A stretch of 64,000 bases of DNA from Octopus sinensis (taxonomy: Eukaryota). The stretch spans positions 57,102,001-57,166,000 of the forward strand of contig NC_043013.1 of the NCBI RefSeq assembly GCF_006345805.1, read 5' to 3'. Positions 37,096-49,783 of the stretch are shown here, one piece after another. Positions within the stretch are counted from its first letter, which is position 1. Each line of letters begins with the position of its first letter. The notes under the pieces are model-generated. The model made no database searches and was not told where the DNA came from. It worked only from the letters and a program-made list of their open reading frames with translations. A program made the translations under genes and the position numbers.

Positions 37096-39107
37096 TAATA
37101 GTAAATTGAAGGAAAAGTGAGAAAAACAACAAAAGTCAACTGGACGCACGCAGCCGATATATGAGATCGACATATTAAAATATTAGGAGCAACAGTATGA
37201 CGTTTCGAATAGACCTTTTCGTTGGATAGAGGGAAACGTCCAGAGAGGAAAAAAGAGGAAGGAGCAGATGAGCCAGTGAAAATCACGTGTGTCGTTACGT
37301 GGTCAAAAAGTAACTGACCGCAAGTTGGTGAGAGATAGAATGCATGGATTTTGATGGCTGGAGATAGCATATTGCCCCTCTGTGCTTGTGTGTGTGAAAT
37401 TGTGTGCGTGAATGGGAAATACTTGTGTGTTTAGAACGTATATATGTCTTTGTATGTGTTTGTGTGGAACTAACGGGCCAGCAGCAGTTGGGTGAGGCAG
37501 TAGTAGGATGTGAGTTGAAGAGGCTTTGTAATGCTTGTGATTGAGTGCGTGTGTGTCACTGTGTGTGGAGGTATATGTATGCATGTATATATGTATGTAC
37601 GTATGTGTGTGTGTGTTTGTGTTCTGTGTGAGATCAGATTAAATATTTACTTATTAAACCGTGAAAGAGACTTTGGTTTGACAAATCTGATTTTTTACCT
37701 TTGTTAGTAGAAAAGATGTTTTCTATATTTCCTATAAGAGAAGATTCAACGAGAGAACAAATACTTCTAATGGATGGCGTATGCCAAATGGCAATGAGAA
37801 TGCATTATGTGGGAATGTGTAGAACGTTCACAATAGAAAAGATTCTGTATGTACCTACATGGATGAATATTATTCCAAAATAGAGAAGGTTCCGTGCGTG
37901 CGTATATACATACATGTATGCGGGTGGTGTGATTTATGCGTTTGAATACTTGAAATATCCTAAGGATTTGAGGAGCTGATGGTATAAACAGTAAGTTTAT
38001 AAACTGCGAGTATATGTTGGTGTGATATCAAGGAAGATCCAGAATGAAGAAATTCATCCGATATAACCCGTCAGGTAACTTGGTTGTCACAATGTGTATA
38101 TGTGTTTTTTTATTTCTAGCAAAGTGACTTTCCACTGGAACATAAGTTTAGTGGAATGGTCAATGCACACAACAACAAGGTTAATATTTCTTACCCGGAC
38201 AGTATCGTTTCCTACATTTCACACTACAAGCGTTAACATATATTTATATTCTCCATTTACAGAACAAACTTGTATCCGTTGTAATCCATCTACCTACCTA
38301 CTCCATTGATTCTATATGTCTCAAATGATTCCTGGCATCTCAACAGCATTCAAATTCTTTATGTGGAACTCTCTCCGAACTGTTTCAACGGTGGTCACTG
38401 GCACAACACTTCCACTTGACTATCTTAATTTATCTGGAATGATGTGCACAGACGAGCTTAATGTTCTATAGTGATATGGAGTATCAATGATGAATCGATT
38501 CCAAATTTCAATGGGATTACGAAGCAGCAAGTAATTTTTGACCAAAATATTTCATATATTGAAACAGCCAATGCTTTCACTCAGAGGTATTACCCAAGAT
38601 TCGTCATCACATGAGGATTTTTCATGAAGAGTTTCCAACCTTTTGAATACCCAGACTGCCGAACTAAAATTCAACGAATTTATCCTACAAACTACATAGA
38701 CCACGGGTTCGGACTCTCTATCCTCCCTTGTGTGAGAATGATTCAGGCACTTTTCTCCCTTCTAAGTTTCAGCCCTCATGGTCTGCTTTCACCAAGAGAA
38801 AATTTCGTGGATGTTAGTATATTTGTGGGCACAAAATAATTCATCATTCGCCAAGGGATAAGATTTAACTGAACATTTACCTTAGATGTGTGCAGCTATA
38901 CGTATGAAGTCAATAACCAACGGTTAACACACACAAACTTATGTGTGTATGTATGTATATATATATACATACATACATACACATGCATATATAAATAGGT
39001 ATACGTACACATAGATGCATACATGTATTCACACACGCATACATACTTTCATACGTCCTTTTCCAAAGCCCCGTTTCTAAAGAATGGTATTTGAAGATCA
39101 GTGAGAT

Positions 39108-39357
39108 TCTTCTTCTTCTTCTTCTTCTCCTCCTCCTCCTTCTTCTTCTTCTTCTTCTTCTTCTCCTTCTTCTTCTTCTTCTTCTTCTTCTCCTCCTCCT
39201 TCTTCTTCTTCTTCTTCTCCTCCTCCTCCTCCTCCTCCTTCTTCTTCTTCTTCTTCTTCTTCTCCTCCTCCTCCTTCTTCTTCTTCCTATTCTTCTTCTT
39301 CTTCTTCTTCTTCTTTCTTCTTCTTCTTCTCCTTCTTCTTCTTCTTCTTCTTCTTTT
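39108..39357. repeat. (TTC)n/(TCC)n microsatellite
   Basis: Direct inspection. Confidence 0.95.
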
Positions 39358-40780
39358 TTATACAGCTCAATATATCTACGAAACTTATTTGCCAGAACAT
39401 TAAATTCTTTTCTAACTTTACCCAATCAGGTTATTTACTGTTATCTTTTACTTTTTTACTGACTTTTTACTTTCAATGTTTTCCCTTAACATAATTTATT
39501 AGCTGTTTTCCAAAACCAATATCCTTAAAAATCTCCTCACCAACTTTCACACGTCTATCAATAAATAGATTTTCTGTAGATGAATTGGTCACCTATACAA
39601 GTGTTTCTTTTTTACACCAATGGAAATTTTTCAGAATCTTACTGCAATATTAATATTCCAAACTAAACACACACTTCATTTTAATTTCATTTAACAATAA
39701 TAAAACTGTTTTAAATATTATAAATTGCTTTTTGCAACAGTTAGCATTTTACACACATATAAATATTATTGATTTGAAATCTTCCTGCATAATATGTGGT
39801 TATTTTTCATATTATCCAGGTTTTCACTTGATAATTTGTTCAAAATGCTTCATTCCACGAAAATTAAGAGGTAGATTTCTAAGTACGTCATTGATTTCTA
39901 ACTTGTTTCTATTTCTTTAGAATAAAAACATTTAATGTTATATTTCTATACATATATACTTTCAAAAACTACTAAATATATTTCCTAGTATGTCCTTTTT
40001 ACTAAAATGTTATTTGTTTGTTTTCCTACATTCGTTACACTAAGCAGTTTAGCATTAAATTCTCACGCAAACGGTATATTTAACCAAACTAGTTGCCATT
40101 GAAACTAACATCATGAACCATAAAATATTTAAGCCTAAACAAAATTTCTTTTTATCGAATCAGAAATATAGTCAGAATATATTTTTTTCAAGTTTCTTAT
40201 TAAATTCCTTTAAGTTATTACTTATAATCGGAGTAATAAAATCAACCACAATTCAGAGCTAAACTTCGTAAAATTTATACTAGAGGAAACATTTAATTTT
40301 GTATTCTTAAAGGTTTATCGCTCTTGGTACGTTTACTTGTATTACAGGCGAAAGTAACTTCATACATCATATGAAATGAATTGAATATATTCACTGTTAC
40401 TGCTAGAGATTTATATTACATATATAGAATGTGGTTAATTTCATTGAAATATGATATATTTTATAAACATATATTTTGTAGAATTGCTTTTCTAAGAAAT
40501 TTGATGTTTCAACTTAACAATCCTCAAGGGTCTCTATTTCGTTCTAAAGTGCTTGGAAAACTACATAACATACAAACAACTAAATGTAAACTGCTTTGGA
40601 TACAACTACATTGAGAAAGTGTTGAATTGTCAGGTGTTCTTGTACATTCTCAAAATCTACTGGTTCGATGGGGCATGGAAAATTGTAGCTTATGCATTAT
40701 GTAAGAATACAAGTATACATAATACATGCATAGAGACAGACAGAGAGACATGTATGTATCTATTTATGTATGTGTATGTA

Positions 40781-40899
<119 letters not shown>

Positions 40900-40917
40900 A
40901 TATATATATTATATATA

Positions 40918-41150
40918 AAGGCGGAGAGCTGGCAGAAACGTTAGCACGTCGGGCGAGATGCTTTGCGGTATTTTGTCTGCTGTTACGTTTTGAGGTCCAA
41001 TTCCGCCGAGGTCGTCTTTGCCTTTCATCCTTTCGGGGTCGATAAATTGAGTACCAGTTACGTACTGGGGTCGATGTTATCGACTTAATACCTTTGTCTG
41101 TCCTTGTTTGTCCCCTATATGTTTAGCCCCTTGTGGGTAATAAAGAAATA
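40918..41150 (+). mobile_element. tRNA-derived SINE with central domain gcctttcatcctttcggggtcgataaattgagtaccag
   Basis: Head GGCGGAGAGCTGGCAGAAACG; related copies at 9987-10375 and 56415-56635. Confidence 0.85.
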
Positions 41151-41572
41151 TATGTGTATATAGGTATGAGAGGTAATGGTGTCAAGAGGACCCAAAGGTG
41201 TCAGGTAATACTGAGTAAGTGCTATGAACAACAGACTATAGTTAAGCTCCAGGTTCGGTGATTATGCGAATGAGAATTCCAACGTAGGTCATATATTAGC
41301 GTGCGTATATATAAAAAAAATTAACAGAATGAAATAAAAATCCTAGGCTATGAAAGATTACAGAACATTTATAAAGAGAAGGTCTTACAGCAATTTCCGG
41401 GATATTTTAAATATCCTTTCATCGGAAACGGTGCGAAGAAGTGGAAGAATGAAAACAGACGTGAGATATGCAGGGATATTGTATCTGCAGTTCCATTATT
41501 TAAACAGAATGGTATAGATATAAGTTTCCTGTACCTTGCCTGTGAGTTCCAATAGTATTTACAGCCTCCCTC

Positions 41573-41788
41573 ATTAAAGGCTTGTGATATGCAGGAGACC
41601 GACTGGGAGAGCACTGCCTGTCATCGCCACAGATGGAGGAAGCAGGTCAAGGAGTGGATCGACACTTTTGAAAGAGCAAGTATTCTTCATGAAGAATTTA
41701 AGCATGCTGCTTGAAAGCGCACTGCTAGTGTAATGAATGGGGGAAAGCTTGGTTTGCAATATTTTCAGTCGTGTATGTTTGGTCAAAA
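41573..41788 (+). mobile_element. RTE-clade LINE 3' fragment
   Basis: LKACDMQETDWESTACHRHRWRKQVKEWIDTFERASILHEEFKHAA*KR..CNIFSRVCL. Confidence 0.7.
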
Positions 41789-42082
41789 CAGTGATGACGT
41801 CCCGTTACGCTGGACTGGCCACCTAACAGGATACAGACAAGGGGCAGATCTAATACAGCTATAGGTCGGGATTGGTCAGAGTATTGATGACGTCCCGTTC
41901 TGCTTGACTAGCCACCTAACAGGATACAGACAAGGGGCAGATCTAATACAGCTATAGGTCGGGATTGGTCAGAATATTGATGACATCCCATTCTGCTTGA
42001 CTAGCCACCTAACGAAACGATTGGTCAAAACGTTGATGACGTCACGTTCCGCTGGACTGGCCACCTAACAGGTGATATAAAA
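41779..42082 (+). promoter_or_regulatory. Enhancer/promoter-like tandem array (93 bp units) ending in a TATA box; probable pLTR/LTR U3
   Basis: Units start at 41792, 41885, 41978 and 42034. Each carries TGAC(G/A)TC and is preceded by (A)TTGGTCA; perfect TGACGTCA at 42037; TATAAAA at 42076. Confidence 0.6.
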
Positions 42083-42399
42083 CCCAAACAATTCACAAGG
42101 TTCGCCAGAACTATCCAGCGGACACCGACCAAAAGTCATCACAGTTGCTCAAGGTAAAATCTAAAATGAATTCCTCGCTCTTTCAAGAACATCATTTTTT
42201 TATATTGACTGCATATCACCACTTTGAACTATTTTTTATATTGAATGCATATCACCACTATGAACCACTGCATCATACTCTTTGAACATATAGCATGAAC
42301 TCACTTTACTATATATGAACTTTTGATGTCTGACTCTATTGTATATTATAAATGAATTTTTTATATTTGATAGCATGAACTATCTTTTTTATATATAAC

Positions 42400-42449
42400 T
42401 TTTTTTTGATAAGGTTCATCATTTCAAGAACCGAAACATGTTAAATAAA
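42400..42449 (+). ncRNA. Type-I hammerhead-like motif with a U3-A8 core
   Basis: UUU UUGAUAA GGUUC-(10 nt)-GAACC GAAA CAUGU U AAA; palindromic ACAUGU stem III and a GUU site. Confidence 0.55.
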
Positions 42450-42531
42450 TAATGTATATATAAAAATTAAAAATTTGTCTAATATAGCAGCATTTTCGAA
42501 TTTCATTTTTTACAGAGCTAATCTTATTATA

Positions 42532-42564
<33 letters not shown>

Positions 42565-42857
42565 ATATATATATTATATTATATATTATATATTACAACT
42601 GACGAACTAACGCTGAAATCGGTCCGATATGGTAATAATGGAATTTTTTAGAAATTCTGTCGACCCTTTTTGGAATAGCGTGCGTATTGTGAAAAATTAT
42701 AATGGTAATGGACAATGCGTCTAATTTCGGCATATTTGGCATTAGACATTTTTTCGTTTGCCCTCATTTATAAGTTGTTTATAAATTTAAACTTTAAAGG
42801 TATTTTTTAATAAAGATGGCCATTGATAAAATTTTTTTAGAAAACATTTTATCCTAC

Positions 42858-43022
42858 AGGTGCAGGAGTGGCTGTGTGGTAAGTAGCTTGCTTACCAATC
42901 ACACGGTTCCTGGTTCAGTCCCTCTGCGTGGCACCTTGGGCAAATGTCTTCTAGTATAGCCTCGGGCCGACCAAAGTCTTGTGAGTGGATTTGTAAACGG
43001 AAACTGAAAGAAGCCTGTCGTA

Positions 43023-43080
<58 letters not shown>

Positions 43081-43298
43081 TTGTGTGTCCGTGTTTGTCC
43101 CCCCAATATCGCTTGACAACCAATGCTGGTGTGTTTACGTCACCGTTACTTAGCGGTTCGGCAAAAGAGACCGATAGAATAAGTACTAGGCTTACAAAGA
43201 ATAAGTCCTGGGGTCGATTTGCTCGACTAAAAGGCGGTGCTCCAGCATGGCCGCAGTCAAATGAATGAAACCAATAACAGAGTAAAAGAGTAAAAGAG
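42858..43298 (+). mobile_element. Full-length octopus-type SINE
   Basis: Collinear with 16867-17340. Confidence 0.9.
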
Positions 43299-43306
43299 TA
43301 TATTAA

Positions 43307-43338
<32 letters not shown>

Positions 43339-43560
43339 TTATTATATTATATATTATAAATATATATATTATATATTATATATTATATACATATATTATA
43401 TATATATATATATGTTATATTACATATATATATATTATATATTATTATATATATTATATATTATATATATATATGTTATATTATATATATATTATATATA
43501 TATATATTATATAAATCCTTAAATCCTTAAAAATGTTTTAGCCCGAAGGCCGCGGCCATA

Positions 43561-43752
43561 TACTTGTTTCAGTCATTTGACTGCGGCCATGCTGGAGCAC
43601 CGCCTTTAGTCGAGGAAATTGACCCCGGGACTTATTCTTTGTAAGCCCAGTACTTATTCCATCGGTCTCTTTTGCCGAACGGCTAAGTGACGGTGACGTA
43701 AACACACCAGCATCAGTTGTCAAGCAATGCTAGGGGGACAAACACAGACACA

Positions 43753-43826
<74 letters not shown>

Positions 43827-43997
43827 CATATATACGACAGGCTTCTTTCAGTTTTCGTCTACCAAATCCACTCACAAGGAATTGGTCGTCCCGGGGTTAT
43901 AGTAGAAGACACTTGCCCAAGATGTCACTCAGTGGGACTGAACCCGGAACCATGTGGTTGGTTAGCAAGCTACTTACCACACAGCCACTCCTACGCC
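43561..43997 (-). mobile_element. Full-length octopus-type SINE, inverted relative to 42858-43298
   Basis: Reverse-complement collinear match. Confidence 0.9.
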
Positions 43998-44050
43998 TAT
44001 ATATATATATATATATAATATATTATATATATATATAGATATATATATAC

Positions 44051-44106
<56 letters not shown>

Positions 44107-44160
44107 ATATATATATTATATTATATATATATATTATATATATTATATTATATATATTTG

Positions 44161-44356
44161 AAAGGAAGAGGAAAACAAAATTAAGGTAGGCCGAGTATCT
44201 CCTGTCATTAGAATATTTAATTAGTGTAAGGTGAATGAAAAGAGAAATAGATGTAATTAGTTCTGCTTCTCAATTTTGGATTCACCTTACTCTAATTAAA
44301 TATTCTAAATGACCTGAGATACTCGGCCTTCCTTAATTTTATTTTCCCCTTCCTTT
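44161..44356. repeat. Foldback with ~76 bp imperfect arms and a 43 nt loop
   Basis: 44161-44236 is the reverse complement of 44280-44356 with a few mismatches. Confidence 0.9.
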
Positions 44357-45716
44357 AATATATACCAGCTGACATGGAAGTCAGCTACGGATCCCTAAGT
44401 CCCAGCCTCGCCTTTGACCATGAAACCTAACAGACGACCAATTATAGCATTTACGCTGCTTACCTATTGGTTTAGAGCAGTGATTCCCCACCTGGGGTCC
44501 GCGGACCCTTCCTGATTCGCAAAGGTAGTAATGATGGTCCGTAAACTAAATTCAAAATTTCATATATGTGTATATATATACATAAGGATGGGCATATTAA
44601 ATGGAGTCCGTGGGAAAAGTCATCTAATTAGAAGGGTTGGCAACCACTGTCAAAAGACTGCAAGCCTCTGGTTTAGACTATCAATGAAAGGAATCCATCA
44701 CACTCTTACACACACACACACACACACAACACACCACACACACACTCACACTCACACACACACACACACAGAGGTTTATGAATATTGATGCATAGAACTG
44801 ATACGGCACTTAGAAAGCTTACAGAAGCTACACACGTAGGAGTAGATAGACCGAGCCTCAATGGAAAACACGAATGGAACAATAAACCCCACCACCACAA
44901 CCACCACATGACTAAAAACAGAAGGCAGGAGAAGAGAGAGAAAAAAATAATAAAACAGATACAAACAGGATAATACGCACACAATAGGCATATATGCACA
45001 TACCAGTGACACATATGAGACACAGAGAGTGGTAAATAATAATAAAAAAATGAATAAATAAATTTGTCACCCGTGATGAATATAAGAAATACAGATGGAT
45101 GAAAAATTGGAATAAGAAATCTCTATAAAAGGCATGGATACAAACGACATAAGTAAATCCATACACACACACACACACACACAATATATTTACAGATGGC
45201 CACAACAGTATAAACAACACGACTAACAACGACAGCAGCAGCGGCGGTGAAAACGATGGCTATAACAACAACAACCATGACGGCCACGCCGTGGACGAAC
45301 ACACAAACACAGAAGGATACAGGAACTGTACCAAAATTTCGGGTCCTAGGACAGCAGCAACACAACGGGGCGATGAATTGAAACAATTGTAAGCCTTGCC
45401 AGCGTATAAATAAACTTTTATTAATCTTATCTCCACTCTTGGTTTACACACACATATAATAGCTAAACTGTTTATATATTCAGCAAACGCAGTAGCCACT
45501 CTATGACGGAGTCTCTAATTTGCATAGCGAAAATGTTAAACATTGTATAAATACCAGCGGCCTGTCAACGACGATCTTAGTCCACACAGCATCAAGGTAT
45601 GGTATAATATATACGTAACATATGGTATAATTATAAGCAGGACAAATTTTAGCCATTTCCCCACAGACTGAAAAAATTCAGAGAAACAAGCAGCCAAACT
45701 CTTTATTGGCTCAACA

Positions 45717-45832
<116 letters not shown>

Positions 45833-46540
45833 ATGTTTATATCTGTATATAAATCAAAATCAAAACACTACACTTATTTCCATAAATATAGAATTTAACG
45901 TAATTTCAAGGATAAAACGACTTAAAATTTAAAGTACATTAATTATTTTTCAGCAACAGTAATAATAACAGCAACACCAAAGCAAGCAATAACTACAACA
46001 ACAACAATAATAATGATGTCTTTTTCAAAAGTATTTTAGAAACTATTAATGATTTTATATTACAATGTGGGTCTATGTGGGTGTGTGGGAGGGTGTGTAG
46101 GTGTGTGTATCTGTACATGTATATATTTACACACACACACACACCCATACATTCGTATTGTGCTCTTCTATTTTCCCATTTGAAGAGAATTATATTCATT
46201 TCTTTCATGTCGTTTGGTTGATGTTTTTTGATGATTGTTCTTGCTGTTGCAGTCATTTTAATGATGTCACCCGGTGTTTAGATTTATTTCATGTCTACAG
46301 CAATTTTTCTGTTGTACAGTACAATGCGTGGATGTGTGTAAATATGTGTGAGTCTGTTGGTGTGCGTTTAGGTGTGTGTGTTTGTGCGCATGAGCATTAT
46401 GTTAAGAAATTACAATGTTTTCAGTCCTGATTACTTCATTGTTCAATGAGTATGTTTGAGTTATTATATATATATATATATATTATATATATAAACAAAC
46501 ACGCAGATGCACATATATATATGCATACACACATATATAC

Positions 46541-47000
46541 ACACCTCATTAACAGTGCAGTTCTGCCTGCAATGTCATATGGTAGTGAAACATGGGCTAC
46601 CACAAAGACAGGAGAGCAAAGACTGGTAACGGCTCAAAGAGCCATGGAAAGGTCAACGCTTGATATCTCGTTGAGAGAGCACATCAGTAGCGAGATCATC
46701 AGAAAGAAGTCCGGAGTGAGAGATGTCATCGCAGAGTATACACCCAGCAAGTACAGATGGGCTAGACACGTCGCCCGGCTCACCGATAATCGATGGACCT
46801 ACGTAGTTGTCGAGTGGTACCCGCGCGAGCTGAAAAGACCACCCGGAAGACCTCCACGACGGTGGAGTTACGATTTCAGGAGGACGATTGGGATCACGTG
46901 GATGAGAAAGGCGCGATCCAGAGAGGAGTGGACAGCGTGCTGTGACCAGCAGTGTCAAATGGACGCCCGACGGACTGGTCGGTCAAGGTGATCAGGGTGA
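46541..47000 (+). mobile_element. RTE-clade LINE 3' fragment with an open reading frame
   Basis: VLPAMSYGSETW..QRAMER..KYRWARHVAR..WYPRELKRPPGRPPRRWSYD; short ggtgatca-type tail. Confidence 0.9.
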
Positions 47001-48269
47001 TTTATATATATATATATATGCACAGAGATACACACATATATTAATGTATGTACGCATTGTGTGCTAATACTTGTGTGAGTATTGCTATATGATCATATAC
47101 GTGCATATATGTCAACATGCACGCTTACTTACACACGACGGCACATACCCAAGCACACAGGTGTGTACTCAAGTGATATACTGGGCCACTATGAATACAG
47201 TTAACCACAGACAGGTATTTTCCTGCAAATACTTGAGAGTGAATGTCTTACAGTGAGGAAGCGTGCTGTGATATGCGTACAGCTATAATGTTTTATGTCG
47301 CATGACAATTTCGTTTAGATTTAGTATTTGTATATGATATATTGTTGTTCTAAAACTGAATGCATATTAAGCTATTGATGTATATAAACAGGTATCGGAA
47401 TTCATGCGTACTTCCTACATTATTCTCATGGTTTTAATTATCTTGCTAGATACACCATCCTAATCTCATCGTTTTTACCCATCACTAGGATTGAAGTATA
47501 CATATATGCACATGCATACATACACACATTTATGCACACATCCACAATCATACATACATACACGCATACACGCAAGCATACATATATGCAAACATACATA
47601 CATTCATACATATACACACGCTTATATACCTACTTACATGCACACACACATATGTACCTACATGTGTACGTACTTACATCAATTCAGAGATATACACATG
47701 CTCACGTGTATGCACATATTGAGATTTATCATAAAATAAGCCCTTACATGCGTATGCAGATAAACAAGCATGTGTGTGTGTGTGTGTGCGTGTGTGTGTG
47801 TGCATATAAAAAAAATTCACAGATCCATACTTGCAATCACTTCTTTGCCTGAAAACATACAATATGTGTGTATTACATAGAAATATATTCACACTTACAT
47901 GCATGGACACATATGTATGCAGGTGCATTTTGAAGGTGATAAGCACGCATGTGTGACATGCACACACACACCACCTGAACGAGCAAAAGCACATAAACAC
48001 ACAAAGACATAAACATCAATATTCGCGCGCACACATATACACATTTTTATATGTGTGCACACATCAAGTGCACGAAATGCAAGAAACTGTCTTGACTTGA
48101 AGAAAAGGGCCTTGGCACTTAGTGACAGGCCTGAATACTTCAAAGGAAAAATCTTAAATATATCGCAGAGAAAAAACATATAAAGCACATATGCATTGAC
48201 ATATATATATATATACACCAACACACGTACGTACACACATATACATACATAATGCATATATGTGCGTGC

Positions 48270-48326
<57 letters not shown>

Positions 48327-48504
48327 TCTGTCTATCTGTGTACATACGTAAATCTGTACATACATAGATTCTGGCAGATAAAATATAGGGTGAAGACCAA
48401 AGTGCATAATTGTTGGCCAGCGTTATATTTTTCACAAACTCCATCTTACTAATGATGGAACAACGTCCTCAATGCATTCCACTTCTTTTATATTCTGACT
48501 TTTA

Positions 48505-49783
48505 TAGGTTGTCTAGAAAGTTCTTACAGTTTTTAACCTTTAAATGCAGATGCACATATCTCGGCTCAAACAATTATTAATCGAAATAAACACCATCAGA
48601 ATCAACACACTTCTGCCAACGCGAAACAAGTTTATTTATGCCAGTAGCGTAAAAATCCTGCGTTCTGGTGCCAATGAAGTCGTTGAAGGTGTGTTTGGGA
48701 TCGTCTTAGGTTTTGAAGTATTTCTCATGCAGGAAGTTGTCGAGATTCTTGAAAAAGTGGTAGTCAGTAGGTGAGAGGTCTGGTGAGTATGGCGGATGAG
48801 TCAGAGTTTCGTAGCCCAATTCGTTCAACTTCTGTGGGGTCAGTTGTTTCACGAGTGGCCAAGCGTTGTCGTGGAGAAGAATTGGTCCTTTTCTATAGAC
48901 CAAGGCTGGCCGTTGTCGGAGTTTCTTACGCATTTCATCCATTTGCTGACAGTACTTCTCCGCGGAAATGGTTCGACTCGATCAAAAAACCTGTGATGTA
49001 TGAGACTGGCCACAGATCAGCAAACAGTCACCATGACCATCTTTTGCTGCAGCTTTGGCTTCGGGAAGTGCCATGGAGCTTCGTCGGCGTCTAACCACTG
49101 AGCTGAGCATCGCCGCTTCTCGTAAAGCATCCACTTTTCATCGCAAGTAACAATCCGGTCGAGAAACGGGTCGTTCTTGTTGCGTAAAAGAAGGGAAGAC
49201 GACACTTCAAAACGGCGGGTTTATTTTTGGGGGGCGGGGGGTTGTCGTTCAATTCGTGCGGCACCCATTTCTCGAGTATTTTTCTTTTTCCAATCTCTTT
49301 CAAGTGGTTGGAAATTGTCGTATACGTTAAGTCTAATTCAGAAGCAATCTCTCGGACAGTTGTGCGTGTATCGGCTTCGACTAAGGCTCTTAGTTGATCG
49401 TTGTCAACATTCGATGGCCATCATCTTCAAATCTCTCGTCTCCGCTACGAAATTTCTTGAACCCCCATTGTGCTGTGCGTTCATTAGTGGTTCTTGGGAC
49501 AAACGTATTGTTGATATCGCGAGCTGTTTCAGCAGCTTTTCGGCCTAGCTTGAACTGGAATAAGAAAATTGTGCGAATTTGCTTTTTGTCCATGTTGTAT
49601 TCAACATTCTGGTAAAAATGGCCTAGTTATTTCAAAAGAAAAAGTGTAACATGATTAGATTGAGCGGAAAACGGGGCTTTAAAATGATATATAAAATCAA
49701 AGTAATTTAGCGAAAATTAATTTGAAAATACATCATTTAAAACCAAAATTTAAAATTCCGCAAGCACTTTCTTGATAACCTAA
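48505..49783 (-). pseudogene. Full-length decayed mariner (DD34D) element with a frameshifted transposase
   Basis: ~1.28 kb; TIRs taggttgtctagaaagttctt and (reverse complement) taggttatcaagaaagtgctt; motifs WVPHEL, IVTCDEKW, LLHDNA, HPPYSPDLSPTDYHFF spread over several frames. Confidence 0.92.

Noticed and set aside
37196-37228. Possible further HHR (minus: CCAACGA..GAAACGUC AUA)
   Set aside because: ACGU and GUC are present, but the core has two substitutions and stem II cannot be built cleanly.
41779-42070. Possible CRISPR-like array
   Set aside because: Head-to-tail units with no unique spacers, eukaryotic context, no cas genes.
48100-48150. UUGAAGA..GGCC..GGCCU GAAUAC resembling an HHR
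   Set aside because: No GAAA and no convincing stem I.
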